Shown in pieces: positions 9,742 through 20,291 of a stretch of DNA of 64,000 bases. Both the position numbers and the translations under genes were made by a program. This stretch comes from an uncultured Acidobacteriota bacterium (GTDB taxonomy: Bacteria; Acidobacteriota; UBA6911), in NCBI GenBank assembly GCA_963809485.1, contig CAWEJX010000001.1:192001-256000 (forward strand), written 5' to 3'. Under the pieces are notes generated by a model, which did no database searches, had not been told where the DNA came from, and saw nothing but the letters and a program-made list of their open reading frames with translations. Each line of letters starts with the position of its first letter. Position 1 is the first letter of the stretch.

Positions 9742-12700
9742 CTAACCGTCAAAAACGCTTGCCGGCCGCTCATCCAGAAGCTGGTTCAGAACAGACTGTT
9801 CCTCCTCTGCCACCTCGGACAATAGATGGGCCTGGCCGTTTTCATAAGATGCAACCGGCACCCCGTCGCGATATATGAGTTTGTTTCCGAGGATCGCCGG
9901 AATGCGCGCGCCGGGAGTCAAAATGCCGGCCAGATTGAGCGGATCGCATGCCGATACCCTTAAATAAACACCGGCCAGCATTTTTTTGCGCACTCCGCGC
10001 AAGGCATCCACAGCCTCGGGCATTGCAAACTGTTCTCCGTTCAGGCCCGAAATGAAGCGGCCTCCGCGTATTTCTCCCCGCGCTTCGGAGCGCCGCAAAA
10101 CTCTCAGGAGCTCGCGCCAGGGGGGTGCCGATGGCTCGCGTGTCAGCAATTCCCGGCAAAGCACCCCATAGCGGCGCACATACAGAAGCGCCCAGAACTC
10201 CGGTTTCTTTTCAGAAACATCACTCTGGATCTCCAGAATCGACCACCTGCCTTCGCGCGTCCGGCGGGGCAGCCTCCGACGCCGGCGGGAGTGTTCCTGA
10301 CGCCTGGCCTCGCCGCTTGCCAGGGAACGGAGTGCAGCGAAGGAATCCGCCGTAACCAGACCGGCGGCAACAAGCTGCCATAGAGCGTCTTCAATCTCCG
10401 AAGGAAGGCGACGGGTACCGGCAGTGATTTCCGGGAAAAAAGAAGCCCCGTGCCTCTTTAAAAAGCCGAGTGCGTCCCGCGAGGCGGGGGAAAGAGACTC
10501 CTCGTCGGCCGGAGTCGCGTCAAGGAGGAATGGCATGTCTTCGCGCAGGGCCAAACCGACAGGCGTTGTGCGGCTTAATCCGGGACGGCGGGAGGGAACC
10601 TCTGCCAGGGTGCCGCGCTTTTTCCACCGCCCCCAGACCACGTCACCGCCCAGGCAGAGGGTGTCGAGGAAATCCGGCCGATAGTCCGGGATCCTGGACC
10701 GCAGGATTGCGTCTTCCCAAGCCCCGGCGGCTGCCTCAAATCCCTGGAGCTGATCGATAACCTCGAGGACTCCGCTCTCGCCCGCAAGATGCGTATCCGG
10801 AACTGCATGCTGCCACTCGAACAGAAACCGGAGAAATGTCGCCGCAGGCACAGGCTCGATTTCTCTGCGCAGGTGCGCGATGGTAGCACGGTGGATCCTG
10901 GCCAAAATGCGGCGGTCGCAGAACTCCTCCTCTCCATTCCCGGAAAAGGATCCCCGCAGGACCAATCCTTCCGCTTCCAGGTTATTCAATGCCGTGCGCA
11001 CGATCTCCTGTGGAAATCCAAGAACTTCCGCCAATCGCCCGGCGGTTATCGGACCGCTCGCCTCGATCCACCCCCGGACCATCACCACGACCGGATGGTC
11101 GCTCGCCTGCGCTTCGGGAAGGGACATCGCGGCCAAAAAATTTCCGATATTCTGGATCAGCTCGCGGGCTTCTGTTGCCGCCCAATAGCGGCGGCCGTTT
11201 ATCTCGGCCGGGAAAATTCTGCCGTCCACAAGGAGCGAATCGATCCACCGGGCAGCTTCTTCAGGCAGCCGCCGAAGCTCCTTTTCCGGGAATAGAACCA
11301 GCGAGAACAGGGCATCGTGAAATTCTTCCGCATTCCGCATATCCGGCCAGGCGTCTTCCGCCGCGGCTCGAATGGCGTCGGGATCAAGCCGGCCCAGGTC
11401 ATCGGCGCGCTCCGGCAGTGCTCTCCTGAGAATGACGGCGCGCGCCCGCCGCTCCTCAAGCGGAGAATCATCCAGGAAAGCATAGGGCATCGCATTCAGA
11501 ATCTGATGAGCGAAGACAGAAGGGATAGGAGTATCCTTGGCATAAAATTCGATTTCGCCCCGCTCGATCCGCTCCAGCACACGCTGCAGTCCCGCCAGGT
11601 CCATCGCCTCGCAGAGGCAGTCCCGCAAAGCTTCGAACACCAGCGGATGATCCGGTACGGGTGCATCCGGGCCCATTGCGTGATCGCGGCCCTGAGACTG
11701 GAGCGGGAAGATTGCAGCCATCAGGTCTTCGGAACGCATGCGCTGGATGGGCGCCGGCACGCGCTTGCCTCCCGAAAAGCGCAACAATGCCAGAGACCGC
11801 GTAAGCGTCCAGCGCCACCGCGTCGCAAAAAGCGGGGAATCCAGAACGGCCTGTACCAGGTTTTTTTCGATTTCCCGGGAGTCAAGAAACTGCAGAAGGT
11901 TCTCAATGGGAAAAGAATGCTGCGATCCCAGAGAGAGATTGATGCCGTCATCGGTTGCCGATGCCTGCAATTCGGAATGAAGATGCTGTCCGAGGCGCAT
12001 GCGCAGCGCCAGTCCCAGGGCTTTGTTGATCCTCGCACCGAAAGGGGCGTGAATCACGAGCTGCATGCCTCCGGCCTCGTCAAAGAAACGTTCCGCTACG
12101 ACGCGCGTGGCCGAAGGAACCGATCCCAGAACACGCTTCCCTTCCCGAATATAGGCGCACGCCTGTTCCGCAGCGACATCGGAAATTCCGATCTGCCTGC
12201 TCAGCCACTCGATGCAATCCTGAGGAATCCCGGCGCGGCGGTCGATGCCTTCACGCACCTGTGAAACCAATTCCGAGAGTTCGGGGGTTCGGGCCGGCGC
12301 TTCGCCGCGCCAGAACGGCACATTGGGCGCCTGCCCGTGCGCATCTTCGACACGGACCTTCCCTTTCTCGATGCGGCGAATCCTCCACGATGTGTTCCCG
12401 AGCAGGAAGACATCGCCGGCGATGCTTTCAAATGCGAATTCCTCATGGACGCTTCCCACATAAGTGTCTTCGGGCTCGGCGATGACATCATAATCGGCAT
12501 TGTCGGGAATAGCCCCGCCGCTGGTTATAGCTGCAAGGCGGGCGCCGCGCCGCCCTCTGAGCACATCATGGATACGGTCGTAATGGAGGTAACTCGACCT
12601 GCGGCCAAGGCGCGCCGAAAATCCTTCCGAAAGCATGCGCACCACGCTGTCGAAGTATTCCCGAGGCAGCCCGCTGTAAGGATAGGCTCTACAGAGGGTA

Positions 12701-14007
12701 CGGAACAGGTCCTCAACATTCCAGTCCTCGGCAGCGCACATAGCCACGATCTGCTGGCAGAGAACATCCAGGGGCCAGGGCGGGATGCTGAGGCAATCCA
12801 GCTCGCCTTTTCGGACGGCATAAATCAGAGCGGCGCACTCAATCAGCTCATCCCTTGTTAAAGGGAAAATGCGTCCCTTTGGCAAGCCGCCCAGCCGGTG
12901 GCCGGATCTGCCAACCCGCTGCAAGAGCACGCCGATAGATCGAGGAGAGCCGATCTGGCATACGAGATCGACCGCCCCTATGTCGATGCCCAGTTCCAGG
13001 GACGCGGTCGCCACACAGGCCCTTGCGTCTCCTCGTTTCAGCAGGTCCTCCGCCCTCAGCCGGATTTTGCGGGAGAGGCTTCCATGGTGCGCCACGATAT
13101 TCTCTTCACCGATTATGTGCGATAACCGATGAGCCAATCGCTCCACCAGGCGGCGCGTGTTGACGAAAATCAGCGTGGATCTGTGTGCGGCCACGAGATC
13201 GGCCACGCGCGAAACCGTCTCATCCCAGAGCTCGAGCGTCGCGATGGGACCGAGTTCCAGCGCAGGCATTTCGACCTGCAAATCCATATTTCGAATATGC
13301 CCGATATCGATTATCGTGCAGTCCGGCTTCCCGCCGGCGGCTGCCTCGGATGCCCCAACCAGGAAGCGCGCCACTTCTTCGATGGGCCGCAGAGTTGCGC
13401 TTAAGCCGATCCGAGTGATAGGCCTTCCGGCCAGACGGCAGAGGCGCTCGACGGAGAGCGACAGATGGGCGCCCCTCTTATTTCCTGCAAGGGAATGGAT
13501 TTCGTCAAGGATAAGCGTGTGGACACCGGAAAGCCCGCGGCGTCCGCTCTCCGAGGTGAGCAGGATATATAGGGATTCGGGCGTTGTAATCCAGACATGA
13601 GGCGGTTTGAGGGCTCTTGCCCGTCGCTCCCCGGCGGTCGTATCGCCTGTTCTGACCGCAATGCGGATTTCGGGCGCTTTTATGCCTTTGTCCGCCGCCA
13701 GACGAAGTATCTCCTCCAGAGGCACGGACAGATTCCTGTGAATATCGTTGGACAGCGCCTTGAGGGGCGACACGTAAACAACCTGACAGGATTCGGGCAG
13801 CATACCCTCAATGGCGGCCCTGAACAGCTGATCAATGCAAAACAGGAACGCAGCCAGCGTCTTGCCGGATCCCGTAGGGGCGGAGATCAGGGTGTGGCGG
13901 CCCCGGGCGATTGCGGGCCAGCCCGAAGACTGAGCCTCCGTGGGCGACGAAAAGGTGCGTTCGAACCACTCACGAACAACCGGATGAAAGGCGGACAGGG
14001 GATTCAT
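9742..14007 (-). CDS. lhr: Lhr-family ATP-dependent helicase (long form)
   Basis: APTGSGKT, DEIH, SAT, HHGSLS, ELGIDIG, QRVGRSGH; C-terminal RGGRF...GEQFA. Confidence 0.92.
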   Translation of the reverse strand: MNPLSAFHPVVREWFERTFSSPTEAQSSGWPAIARGRHTLISAPTGSGKTLAAFLFCIDQLFRAAIEGMLPESCQVVYVSPLKALSNDIHRNLSVPLEEILRLAADKGIKAPEIRIAVRTGDTTAGERRARALKPPHVWITTPESLYILLTSESGRRGLSGVHTLILDEIHSLAGNKRGAHLSLSVERLCRLAGRPITRIGLSATLRPIEEVARFLVGASEAAAGGKPDCTIIDIGHIRNMDLQVEMPALELGPIATLELWDETVSRVADLVAAHRSTLIFVNTRRLVERLAHRLSHIIGEENIVAHHGSLSRKIRLRAEDLLKRGDARACVATASLELGIDIGAVDLVCQIGSPRSIGVLLQRVGRSGHRLGGLPKGRIFPLTRDELIECAALIYAVRKGELDCLSIPPWPLDVLCQQIVAMCAAEDWNVEDLFRTLCRAYPYSGLPREYFDSVVRMLSEGFSARLGRRSSYLHYDRIHDVLRGRRGARLAAITSGGAIPDNADYDVIAEPEDTYVGSVHEEFAFESIAGDVFLLGNTSWRIRRIEKGKVRVEDAHGQAPNVPFWRGEAPARTPELSELVSQVREGIDRRAGIPQDCIEWLSRQIGISDVAAEQACAYIREGKRVLGSVPSATRVVAERFFDEAGGMQLVIHAPFGARINKALGLALRMRLGQHLHSELQASATDDGINLSLGSQHSFPIENLLQFLDSREIEKNLVQAVLDSPLFATRWRWTLTRSLALLRFSGGKRVPAPIQRMRSEDLMAAIFPLQSQGRDHAMGPDAPVPDHPLVFEALRDCLCEAMDLAGLQRVLERIERGEIEFYAKDTPIPSVFAHQILNAMPYAFLDDSPLEERRARAVILRRALPERADDLGRLDPDAIRAAAEDAWPDMRNAEEFHDALFSLVLFPEKELRRLPEEAARWIDSLLVDGRIFPAEINGRRYWAATEARELIQNIGNFLAAMSLPEAQASDHPVVVMVRGWIEASGPITAGRLAEVLGFPQEIVRTALNNLEAEGLVLRGSFSGNGEEEFCDRRILARIHRATIAHLRREIEPVPAATFLRFLFEWQHAVPDTHLAGESGVLEVIDQLQGFEAAAGAWEDAILRSRIPDYRPDFLDTLCLGGDVVWGRWKKRGTLAEVPSRRPGLSRTTPVGLALREDMPFLLDATPADEESLSPASRDALGFLKRHGASFFPEITAGTRRLPSEIEDALWQLVAAGLVTADSFAALRSLASGEARRQEHSRRRRRLPRRTREGRWSILEIQSDVSEKKPEFWALLYVRRYGVLCRELLTREPSAPPWRELLRVLRRSEARGEIRGGRFISGLNGEQFAMPEAVDALRGVRKKMLAGVYLRVSACDPLNLAGILTPGARIPAILGNKLIYRDGVPVASYENGQAHLLSEVAEEEQSVLNQLLDERPASVFDG

Positions 14008-14104
14008 CTGTTCAACTATAGACCAGGGATGCAGGGATGGGAATGCCGGAGTCCGATGATGAAATAGTGCATGGCATAAAGGCGCCCGTGCTATAAATAA
14101 GTCC

Positions 14105-14866
14105 ATGAGCCCCGATCCAGGCACCATCGAAAAGATCGCGCAGCTTCTTGCCGGGTCCCGGCGCGCCATAGCCTTCACCGGCGCCGGTATCAGCACGGAA
14201 AGCGGAATCGCGGATTTCCGCAGCCCCAACGGAATCTGGAGCAGGTACCAGCCCGTCCTGTTCCAGGATTTCCTGGATAACGAAGAGGCGCGACGCCGCT
14301 ACTGGAAAATGAAGCGGGAGGGATTTCACGAATTGAAGATGGCGCGGCCCAACGATGGGCACCGGGCCCTGGCGCGGATGGAAGCGTCCGGCAAAATCAT
14401 CGCCATCATTACGCAGAACATCGACGGCCTGCACCAGGATGCGGGAAGCCGCCGTGTACTTGAACTGCACGGAACGGGCCGCTATTGCATTTGCCTGAGC
14501 TGCAGCAAACGGTTCAGTCCCGACGAAATTCAGGCACGGCTGGAGGCCGGCGAAGAAATACCGGTGTGCAGCCATTGCGGAGGACTCGTGAAGTCGGCGA
14601 CGATTTCGTTCGGCCAATCGCTGCCGGCAGATGTTCTGGCTGAAGCCTTCGACCTCTCAATGGGCACCGACCTGGTTCTGGCACTGGGATCTTCGCTGGT
14701 CGTGGAGCCGGCGGCGTCCATCCCTTTGCAGGCGAAAAACAATGGAGCCCGGCTCGTCATCATCAACAATGCAGAAACGCCGCTGGACCGACTTGCCGAC
14801 ATCGTCGTGCACAGGGCAATTGGCGCCACTATGTCCCAGGTATTGCACCATCTTGAAAGCCTTTGA
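14105..14866 (+). CDS. cobB: Sir2-family NAD-dependent protein deacylase
   Basis: GAGISTESGIADFR, TQNIDGLH, LHG, two CxxC, GSSLVVEPAA. Confidence 0.92.
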   Translation: MSPDPGTIEKIAQLLAGSRRAIAFTGAGISTESGIADFRSPNGIWSRYQPVLFQDFLDNEEARRRYWKMKREGFHELKMARPNDGHRALARMEASGKIIAIITQNIDGLHQDAGSRRVLELHGTGRYCICLSCSKRFSPDEIQARLEAGEEIPVCSHCGGLVKSATISFGQSLPADVLAEAFDLSMGTDLVLALGSSLVVEPAASIPLQAKNNGARLVIINNAETPLDRLADIVVHRAIGATMSQVLHHLESL

Positions 14867-14945
14867 GGCCCGTTCTAAAAGGCTCCCTGATCGAAGGATC
14901 AGGCCTCAGGCAAAGCCGGAGGCTTGATTGTCAGCGATTTCATGA

Positions 14946-16283
14946 TCACGGCGCGGATTTTGTGTCCGCTTTGACAGTCTGCTCCTCGCTCGTATAAACG
15001 GTTGCGATCACGGACAATCCCGGCCTCAGAGGATGGGCATCATCCTCGCCCCGGTCGATCACGATCTTCACGGGGACGCGCTGCACAACTTTCACAAAGT
15101 TGCCCGTGGCATTCTCGGGCGGCAAGAGGCTGAATCGGGCGCCCGTGGCGGCCGCGATGCTGTCGATATGTCCTTCATATGTGCGCCCGCCATAGGCGTC
15201 CACTGTAATGGTCGCTTTTTGTCCCGGTCGCATGTCTTTCAGCTGATTTTCCTTGTAATTTGCAGTCACCCAGACATTGTGGAGCGGGACGACAGCCAGG
15301 AGCGATTGCCCAATCTGCACGTATTGACCCAGTTCTACTTTTCGCTGGCTTATGATTCCATCGATAGGAGCCCTGACCTCCGCATATTCGAGGTTAAGTC
15401 TCGCCTGTGCAAGAACGGCTTGAGCCAGTTTCACCCTGGCGAGCGCTGTCTGCGCGTTGGAGCGGCTTATCGACATTTGCTGCGGCGCTGTTTGAGTGGC
15501 CTGCAGATTCGCATGAGCTTCCTTGATCCGGGCTTCTGCCTGAGCCACACGCGCCTGGCCCGCTTCTATCGCTTTGGCGGCCTCCTGGACACCGGACTGC
15601 GCCGAGTCGCGGGACGCGCGGGCTGCATCCGCCGCAGCGACGGCGGCATCATACTGCTGTTTGGAAATTTCATCCTTGGCGATCAGGAGCTTCATCCTTT
15701 CCAGGTCCTGCATGCCCTTCGTATAGTTGGCCTGGGTTTCGCGCACCCTGGCCTGCATCGTCTCGAGCCTGGCCCGTGCGGTGTCGACATCCTTGAGCGC
15801 GGCGGCCTTGACGCTCTCCGCCTGTTCGAGGCCGGCGCCCGCCAGATTGAGCTGGCTGGAAGTTGTTGTGGACGTAATGGGCACCTGATGACTCGCGGCT
15901 TCGGAAAGGGATTGTGCGGCGGCCAGGTCTGCTTCGGCTCGTTCCAGCGCGATCACGTAATCCCTGGGATCGATCCGGATCACTACCGTACCCGCCGTTA
16001 CAAATTGATTATCCTGGACGTTTATCGACACGACATGTCCGGAAACCTTCGCAGCAACGGGATTGATATGGCCGTCTATCTGGGCGTCGTCGGTCGACTC
16101 TCGGTCTGAAAAATACTCCTGATATACAAAATAGCCGGCGGCGGCCAGGAGGACAGGAATCAGCGCGAAAACCCATTTCCGGACGCGTGGCGGCCGGACA
16201 TTTTTCCCTTTGCCGGCCGAACCCTGCGCTTCGGCCTGATGGGACGCATCCCCTCTTTGCTTTGCAGTATCTTGATCCATCAT
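14946..16283 (-). CDS. HlyD/EmrA-family membrane fusion protein
   Basis: STDDAQIDG, coiled coil, FSLLPPENATGNFVKVVQRVPV. Confidence 0.92.
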   Translation of the reverse strand: MMDQDTAKQRGDASHQAEAQGSAGKGKNVRPPRVRKWVFALIPVLLAAAGYFVYQEYFSDRESTDDAQIDGHINPVAAKVSGHVVSINVQDNQFVTAGTVVIRIDPRDYVIALERAEADLAAAQSLSEAASHQVPITSTTTSSQLNLAGAGLEQAESVKAAALKDVDTARARLETMQARVRETQANYTKGMQDLERMKLLIAKDEISKQQYDAAVAAADAARASRDSAQSGVQEAAKAIEAGQARVAQAEARIKEAHANLQATQTAPQQMSISRSNAQTALARVKLAQAVLAQARLNLEYAEVRAPIDGIISQRKVELGQYVQIGQSLLAVVPLHNVWVTANYKENQLKDMRPGQKATITVDAYGGRTYEGHIDSIAAATGARFSLLPPENATGNFVKVVQRVPVKIVIDRGEDDAHPLRPGLSVIATVYTSEEQTVKADTKSAP

Positions 16284-17749
16284 TTTCCTCGCAGAAACTG
16301 TTCGTACTCCGTATCCGAAATGCCCATGGCTTTTGCAAGCGCCAGCTTCGCGGCGTTGTGCGCCTGGAGGCCGGAAATATAGTTCTCGCTGGCGGCAGCA
16401 AGCGCCTCCTGGGCCTGGACTACTTCCACGTTATTGGTCACTCCGGCGCGGAAACGGTCTTTCGACTGCTCCACTTGTTCGTTGGCCAGCCCGTTCGCGC
16501 TTTCAGCAACCTGCACAAATTCCGCGGCTGCCTCGAGATCGAGAAAAGCGGTTTGAACTTCGTAAAATATCCGTCCCCGCAAATCTTCGAGCTCGGCTTC
16601 CCGCTGCCGCAACGAGGCATCGGCTTCCATAACGCGCGCCCGGACGCTTCCGCCCTGAAAAATCGGGATGCGCAGAATTGCGGTTACCGTGAAAGTGCCA
16701 TGAGAGTCCCATGGCCGCTGACCGATATCTCCGTAGTCCCCGTTAACGCCTATCGTCGGAAGCCTGCCGGCTTGAGCCGCTTTCCGTGTGGCTCCAGCGG
16801 ATCTTACCTTAGCCTGCGCGCTTTGGTAATCCGGGCGTTCGCGATAGGCCCGCTCGACAGCTTCCTCCAGAGGCATAACGGCGAAAGGGGCATACGACAT
16901 GCTGTCCGTGAGGCTGTATTCCTGTCCCAGGGGCAGTCCGATGGCGCGCGCCAGGGCAAGCTTGTCCTTGGCGAACCGGTCCTCTGCAACTATGAGTCTT
17001 TGCTGACGGGCCTGCAATTCCACTTTAGCGCGCAGCACCTCAATTCCGGGAACCACGCCCGCAGCCTTCTGGTCCACGGCAAGATCATAAAGCGTCTGGG
17101 CCGTTTGCAGCTGGGCGCGGTTAGCCGCTATGCGGCTCTGGCTCGCGACGGCCTGCAAATACAGGCTGGAACAGACAAACACAACCGTATCCCTCGTGTT
17201 CTGCCTGGAGAATTCAGAGGCCCTGACATTCTCCTTTTCAGCGCGATACCGGTTTAGCGCCGGCAAATCCAGCACCGGTTGAGAGACATATGCCCGTACG
17301 TCAAACACGTTGTAGGGGCCGACCACGCCGCCGCCCTTGAATCCATAGGCTTCCAGATTTACCTGTCTCGGCGAATCCGTGACGTCGGCCTCAACCTTTG
17401 GCAGCAACTGGCTTAAGGCAAGCAATCGCGCGCCCCGCGTGGCTTGCAGGGCCTGCTCGCTGAGAACCTTCCCAAGATTGTGCTCGAGTCCTCGCTTGAG
17501 GGCTTCGGAAAACGAAAGGGGCAATACTTCCTTTGTAGCCGTCCCCGACGGGATCCCTCCCATCAGCGGGCTCTGGGTTCCGCCATAGTCGGCTGCCTGA
17601 AAAGCCACGGCGGAGCCCGCTTGAGTGGCCGCATAGGATGCCATGGTGCCCTGGCCGGCAGTGCCGGCTGTTTGCGCCAGAAGGCTTGTGCACAAAACAA
17701 TCAATGCCGCCGGGGCAACGAGAACACGTGTAATTGGCATGGACTTCAT
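16280..17749 (-). CDS. TolC-family outer membrane efflux protein
   Basis: Signal peptide; two OEP repeats (LSFSEAL, F/Y..G...EV..AQ); overlaps start of the emrA-like gene. Confidence 0.88.
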   Translation of the reverse strand: MKSMPITRVLVAPAALIVLCTSLLAQTAGTAGQGTMASYAATQAGSAVAFQAADYGGTQSPLMGGIPSGTATKEVLPLSFSEALKRGLEHNLGKVLSEQALQATRGARLLALSQLLPKVEADVTDSPRQVNLEAYGFKGGGVVGPYNVFDVRAYVSQPVLDLPALNRYRAEKENVRASEFSRQNTRDTVVFVCSSLYLQAVASQSRIAANRAQLQTAQTLYDLAVDQKAAGVVPGIEVLRAKVELQARQQRLIVAEDRFAKDKLALARAIGLPLGQEYSLTDSMSYAPFAVMPLEEAVERAYRERPDYQSAQAKVRSAGATRKAAQAGRLPTIGVNGDYGDIGQRPWDSHGTFTVTAILRIPIFQGGSVRARVMEADASLRQREAELEDLRGRIFYEVQTAFLDLEAAAEFVQVAESANGLANEQVEQSKDRFRAGVTNNVEVVQAQEALAAASENYISGLQAHNAAKLALAKAMGISDTEYEQFLRGK

Positions 17750-17973
17750 CTCCACTTTAGTGCCTGCAAGTTGAAGGGCATTGGTTACAGCCTGAAACCT
17801 GTAACCTGCAACCCGTAATCGTCGCGGAAATGCTCCGCTGCGCGCTTCACCCGTTAATCCTTTGAGAAATTCGCACAAATGCGCGTGCCCGCATTGCCGC
17901 TTCATGGGAAACGCAATGGGCCATTCCGGTGGGGAAAATGCCTGCCGACTGCATCGCAGCATTATGGGCAATA

Positions 17974-20289
17974 CTAAGAACTTCCCCATTTCCCGGCATC
18001 TTTAAGCGCTTGGACGATTTTTTCAGGCGTGACTGGCTGCTCCTTGAACCAGATACCCGTTGCATCATGAAGCGCCGAGATAACCGCGGGAGGCGAACTC
18101 ACAATACTTCCCTCCGAAGCTTCTTTGGCACCGAAGGGGCCGTCAGGATCGTCCGTGATTATGTCTATGACCCGGATCATCGGGACATCGGTGGATCGGG
18201 GCATTTTGTAATCCAGGAAGGTATTGTTGCGGGTTACACCTTTATCCATAATGAATTCCTCATATATGGCTTGCCCCATGCCCTGAACCGCCCCGCCTTC
18301 ATTCTGAGTCTCCACACTGATGGGGTGGAGCGGCCTGCCGCAATCATGAGCGATGGTAAAATCGCTGACGTCCGTTTTCCCGGTTTCCATGTCCACACCC
18401 AGCCGAACGGTCTGGGCAGTGAAGCTGTACGATGTCCCTCCGTTTCCATATCCCGTATTGAAATCCATGGGTTCGATGCCATAGCCAGAATAGCCGCGGC
18501 CGATAATTACGGCCCCGGATCCCTCGTAGCAGGCTATTTTGGCAAGCCTATCGAACGGGATTCGTTTGCCGGGATTGCTTTTGAGAAAGAGAAAGCCGTC
18601 CCTTATGTCCAGCTCACCGGGTTCCACTTTCCAGGCTGATGCGGCGCTTTCTATCAATTGCCGCCTGGCATCCCGGGCAGCTCTTTGAGTCGCCTGGCCG
18701 GCAAGGATGGTAACCCGGCTCCCGTAGCTCCCGGGGTCTACGGGCGTGTAGGCCGTATCGACGCGCTTGATGTCGATGTCCTCCAGACGCACGCCCAATT
18801 CTTCGGCGGCGATCATGCAAAGAACCGTATCCGAGCCCTGGCCGCAATCGGTCGCCCCCGTGAGGAGATTGACGGTTCCATCCTCGCAAATGCGGACCAC
18901 GGCTCCACAGGATTGATGACCGAGCTGGCGCGCACCTCCCAGGTAGGCGGTGCCGGAAATCCCCACGCCGTAGGAGACCGGACCGCTTCTTGCTGGTCTC
19001 CGGCCCCTTTCGGCCCATACAGGATCTTCTGCGGCCGCTTTCAGTGCCTCTTTGAAACCGCAGGTCTTGAATGTTATGTCGTTGATGGTCCGGTAAATTC
19101 CGCCCGCTTCAGGCGGATCAATGCCATTGCGAATCCGCATTTCCACCGGATCAATTCCAAGCTCTTCGGCCATCATCCCCATCTGGATTTCGCAGGCGAA
19201 GCGGGAATGGGTGATACCGTGGCCACGCATGGCCGCCGACATCGGATTGTTTGTGAAGACGCCCCAGATATCGAATTTGTAATTGGGCAGCTTATAGGGG
19301 ATGGTGGTGGCAAAACCCACAAGATACAACGACAGCGGGCTGATGGATGTATATCCGCCCAGGTCGGCAACGGCGCGCGTTTCAATGGCAGTCAGCACTC
19401 CATCCCGGGTTACGCCCATCTTGTTGTAAAGGATCACGGGATGGCGCCGCTTGCTGACGGAAAGCTCCTCTTCCTGGCTGTAGACGAACTTGACCGGTTT
19501 GCCGGTTTTTTGGGAGAGCAGAACGGCGCAGAAATCGCCTGCGACCGAATCGTTCTTCGTGCCCCCGAAACCGCCCCCGATGAACGGCTGCACGATGCGG
19601 ATTTTGGAAAGGGGCAGCCTGAAGCAGGCAGCCAGGTGGCGATAGTGGAAATAGGGGCTCTGCTTGGCCGGCCATACCGTGATAGAGCCCGCAGGATCAT
19701 AATAGGCCAGCGATGCCGGCGGTTCGAGATATCCTTTCGTAACTCGGCCTGTCTTGAACCGGTCCTCACGAACAAGGTAGGATTCCTCGAAGGCTTTCTT
19801 CACATTGCCGAAGTCGTAATGGTACTCAAGGCTTACATTATTGGGCCTGTAGTCGTGAATGACGGGAGCCCCCGGCCTCATTGCCTCTTCCGGATCAAAC
19901 ACGCCCGGCAATTCCTCGTACTCAACCTTGATGAGTTCACAGGCTTCTTCGGCGGTCTCCTCATCGACGGCCGCAACTGCGGCAACCGCTTCATATAAGT
20001 AGCGGACCTTGTTGTCTGCCAGGGGCGGCTCGTCCCGGGTATTCGCCATGAAGCCCCAGGTCCAGCCTCCGAAGTCCTTGCCGGTCACAATCCCTTCGAC
20101 GCCCGGCAATCTTTCGGCCCGGCCCGCATCTATGTTCAGGATGCGGGCATGAGCGTGGGGGGCGCGCAGGACTTTGCACCAGAGCATCCCGGGCAGAGAA
20201 TAGTCCGCGGCGTACTTGGCGCCGCCTAAAACCTTTTCTTTGGCGTCCACCCTGGGCAGCCTCTTCCCTATGACCGCGTACCCGTCCAT
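17974..20289 (-). CDS. Xanthine dehydrogenase-family molybdopterin subunit (HcrA-like)
   Basis: GGGFGG, AMRGHG, GQGSDT, GSYGSRVT, GPFGAKEASEG. Confidence 0.9.
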   Translation of the reverse strand: MDGYAVIGKRLPRVDAKEKVLGGAKYAADYSLPGMLWCKVLRAPHAHARILNIDAGRAERLPGVEGIVTGKDFGGWTWGFMANTRDEPPLADNKVRYLYEAVAAVAAVDEETAEEACELIKVEYEELPGVFDPEEAMRPGAPVIHDYRPNNVSLEYHYDFGNVKKAFEESYLVREDRFKTGRVTKGYLEPPASLAYYDPAGSITVWPAKQSPYFHYRHLAACFRLPLSKIRIVQPFIGGGFGGTKNDSVAGDFCAVLLSQKTGKPVKFVYSQEEELSVSKRRHPVILYNKMGVTRDGVLTAIETRAVADLGGYTSISPLSLYLVGFATTIPYKLPNYKFDIWGVFTNNPMSAAMRGHGITHSRFACEIQMGMMAEELGIDPVEMRIRNGIDPPEAGGIYRTINDITFKTCGFKEALKAAAEDPVWAERGRRPARSGPVSYGVGISGTAYLGGARQLGHQSCGAVVRICEDGTVNLLTGATDCGQGSDTVLCMIAAEELGVRLEDIDIKRVDTAYTPVDPGSYGSRVTILAGQATQRAARDARRQLIESAASAWKVEPGELDIRDGFLFLKSNPGKRIPFDRLAKIACYEGSGAVIIGRGYSGYGIEPMDFNTGYGNGGTSYSFTAQTVRLGVDMETGKTDVSDFTIAHDCGRPLHPISVETQNEGGAVQGMGQAIYEEFIMDKGVTRNNTFLDYKMPRSTDVPMIRVIDIITDDPDGPFGAKEASEGSIVSSPPAVISALHDATGIWFKEQPVTPEKIVQALKDAGKWGSS

Positions 20290-20291
20290 GG

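Noticed and set aside
9742-14866. Sir2 + helicase anti-phage system
   Set aside because: The sirtuin is a canonical Zn-binding CobB-type deacylase transcribed divergently from a housekeeping-type Lhr.
17974-20289. Aerobic CO dehydrogenase CoxL
   Set aside because: It lacks the AYxCSFR active-site loop and has AMRGHG instead.
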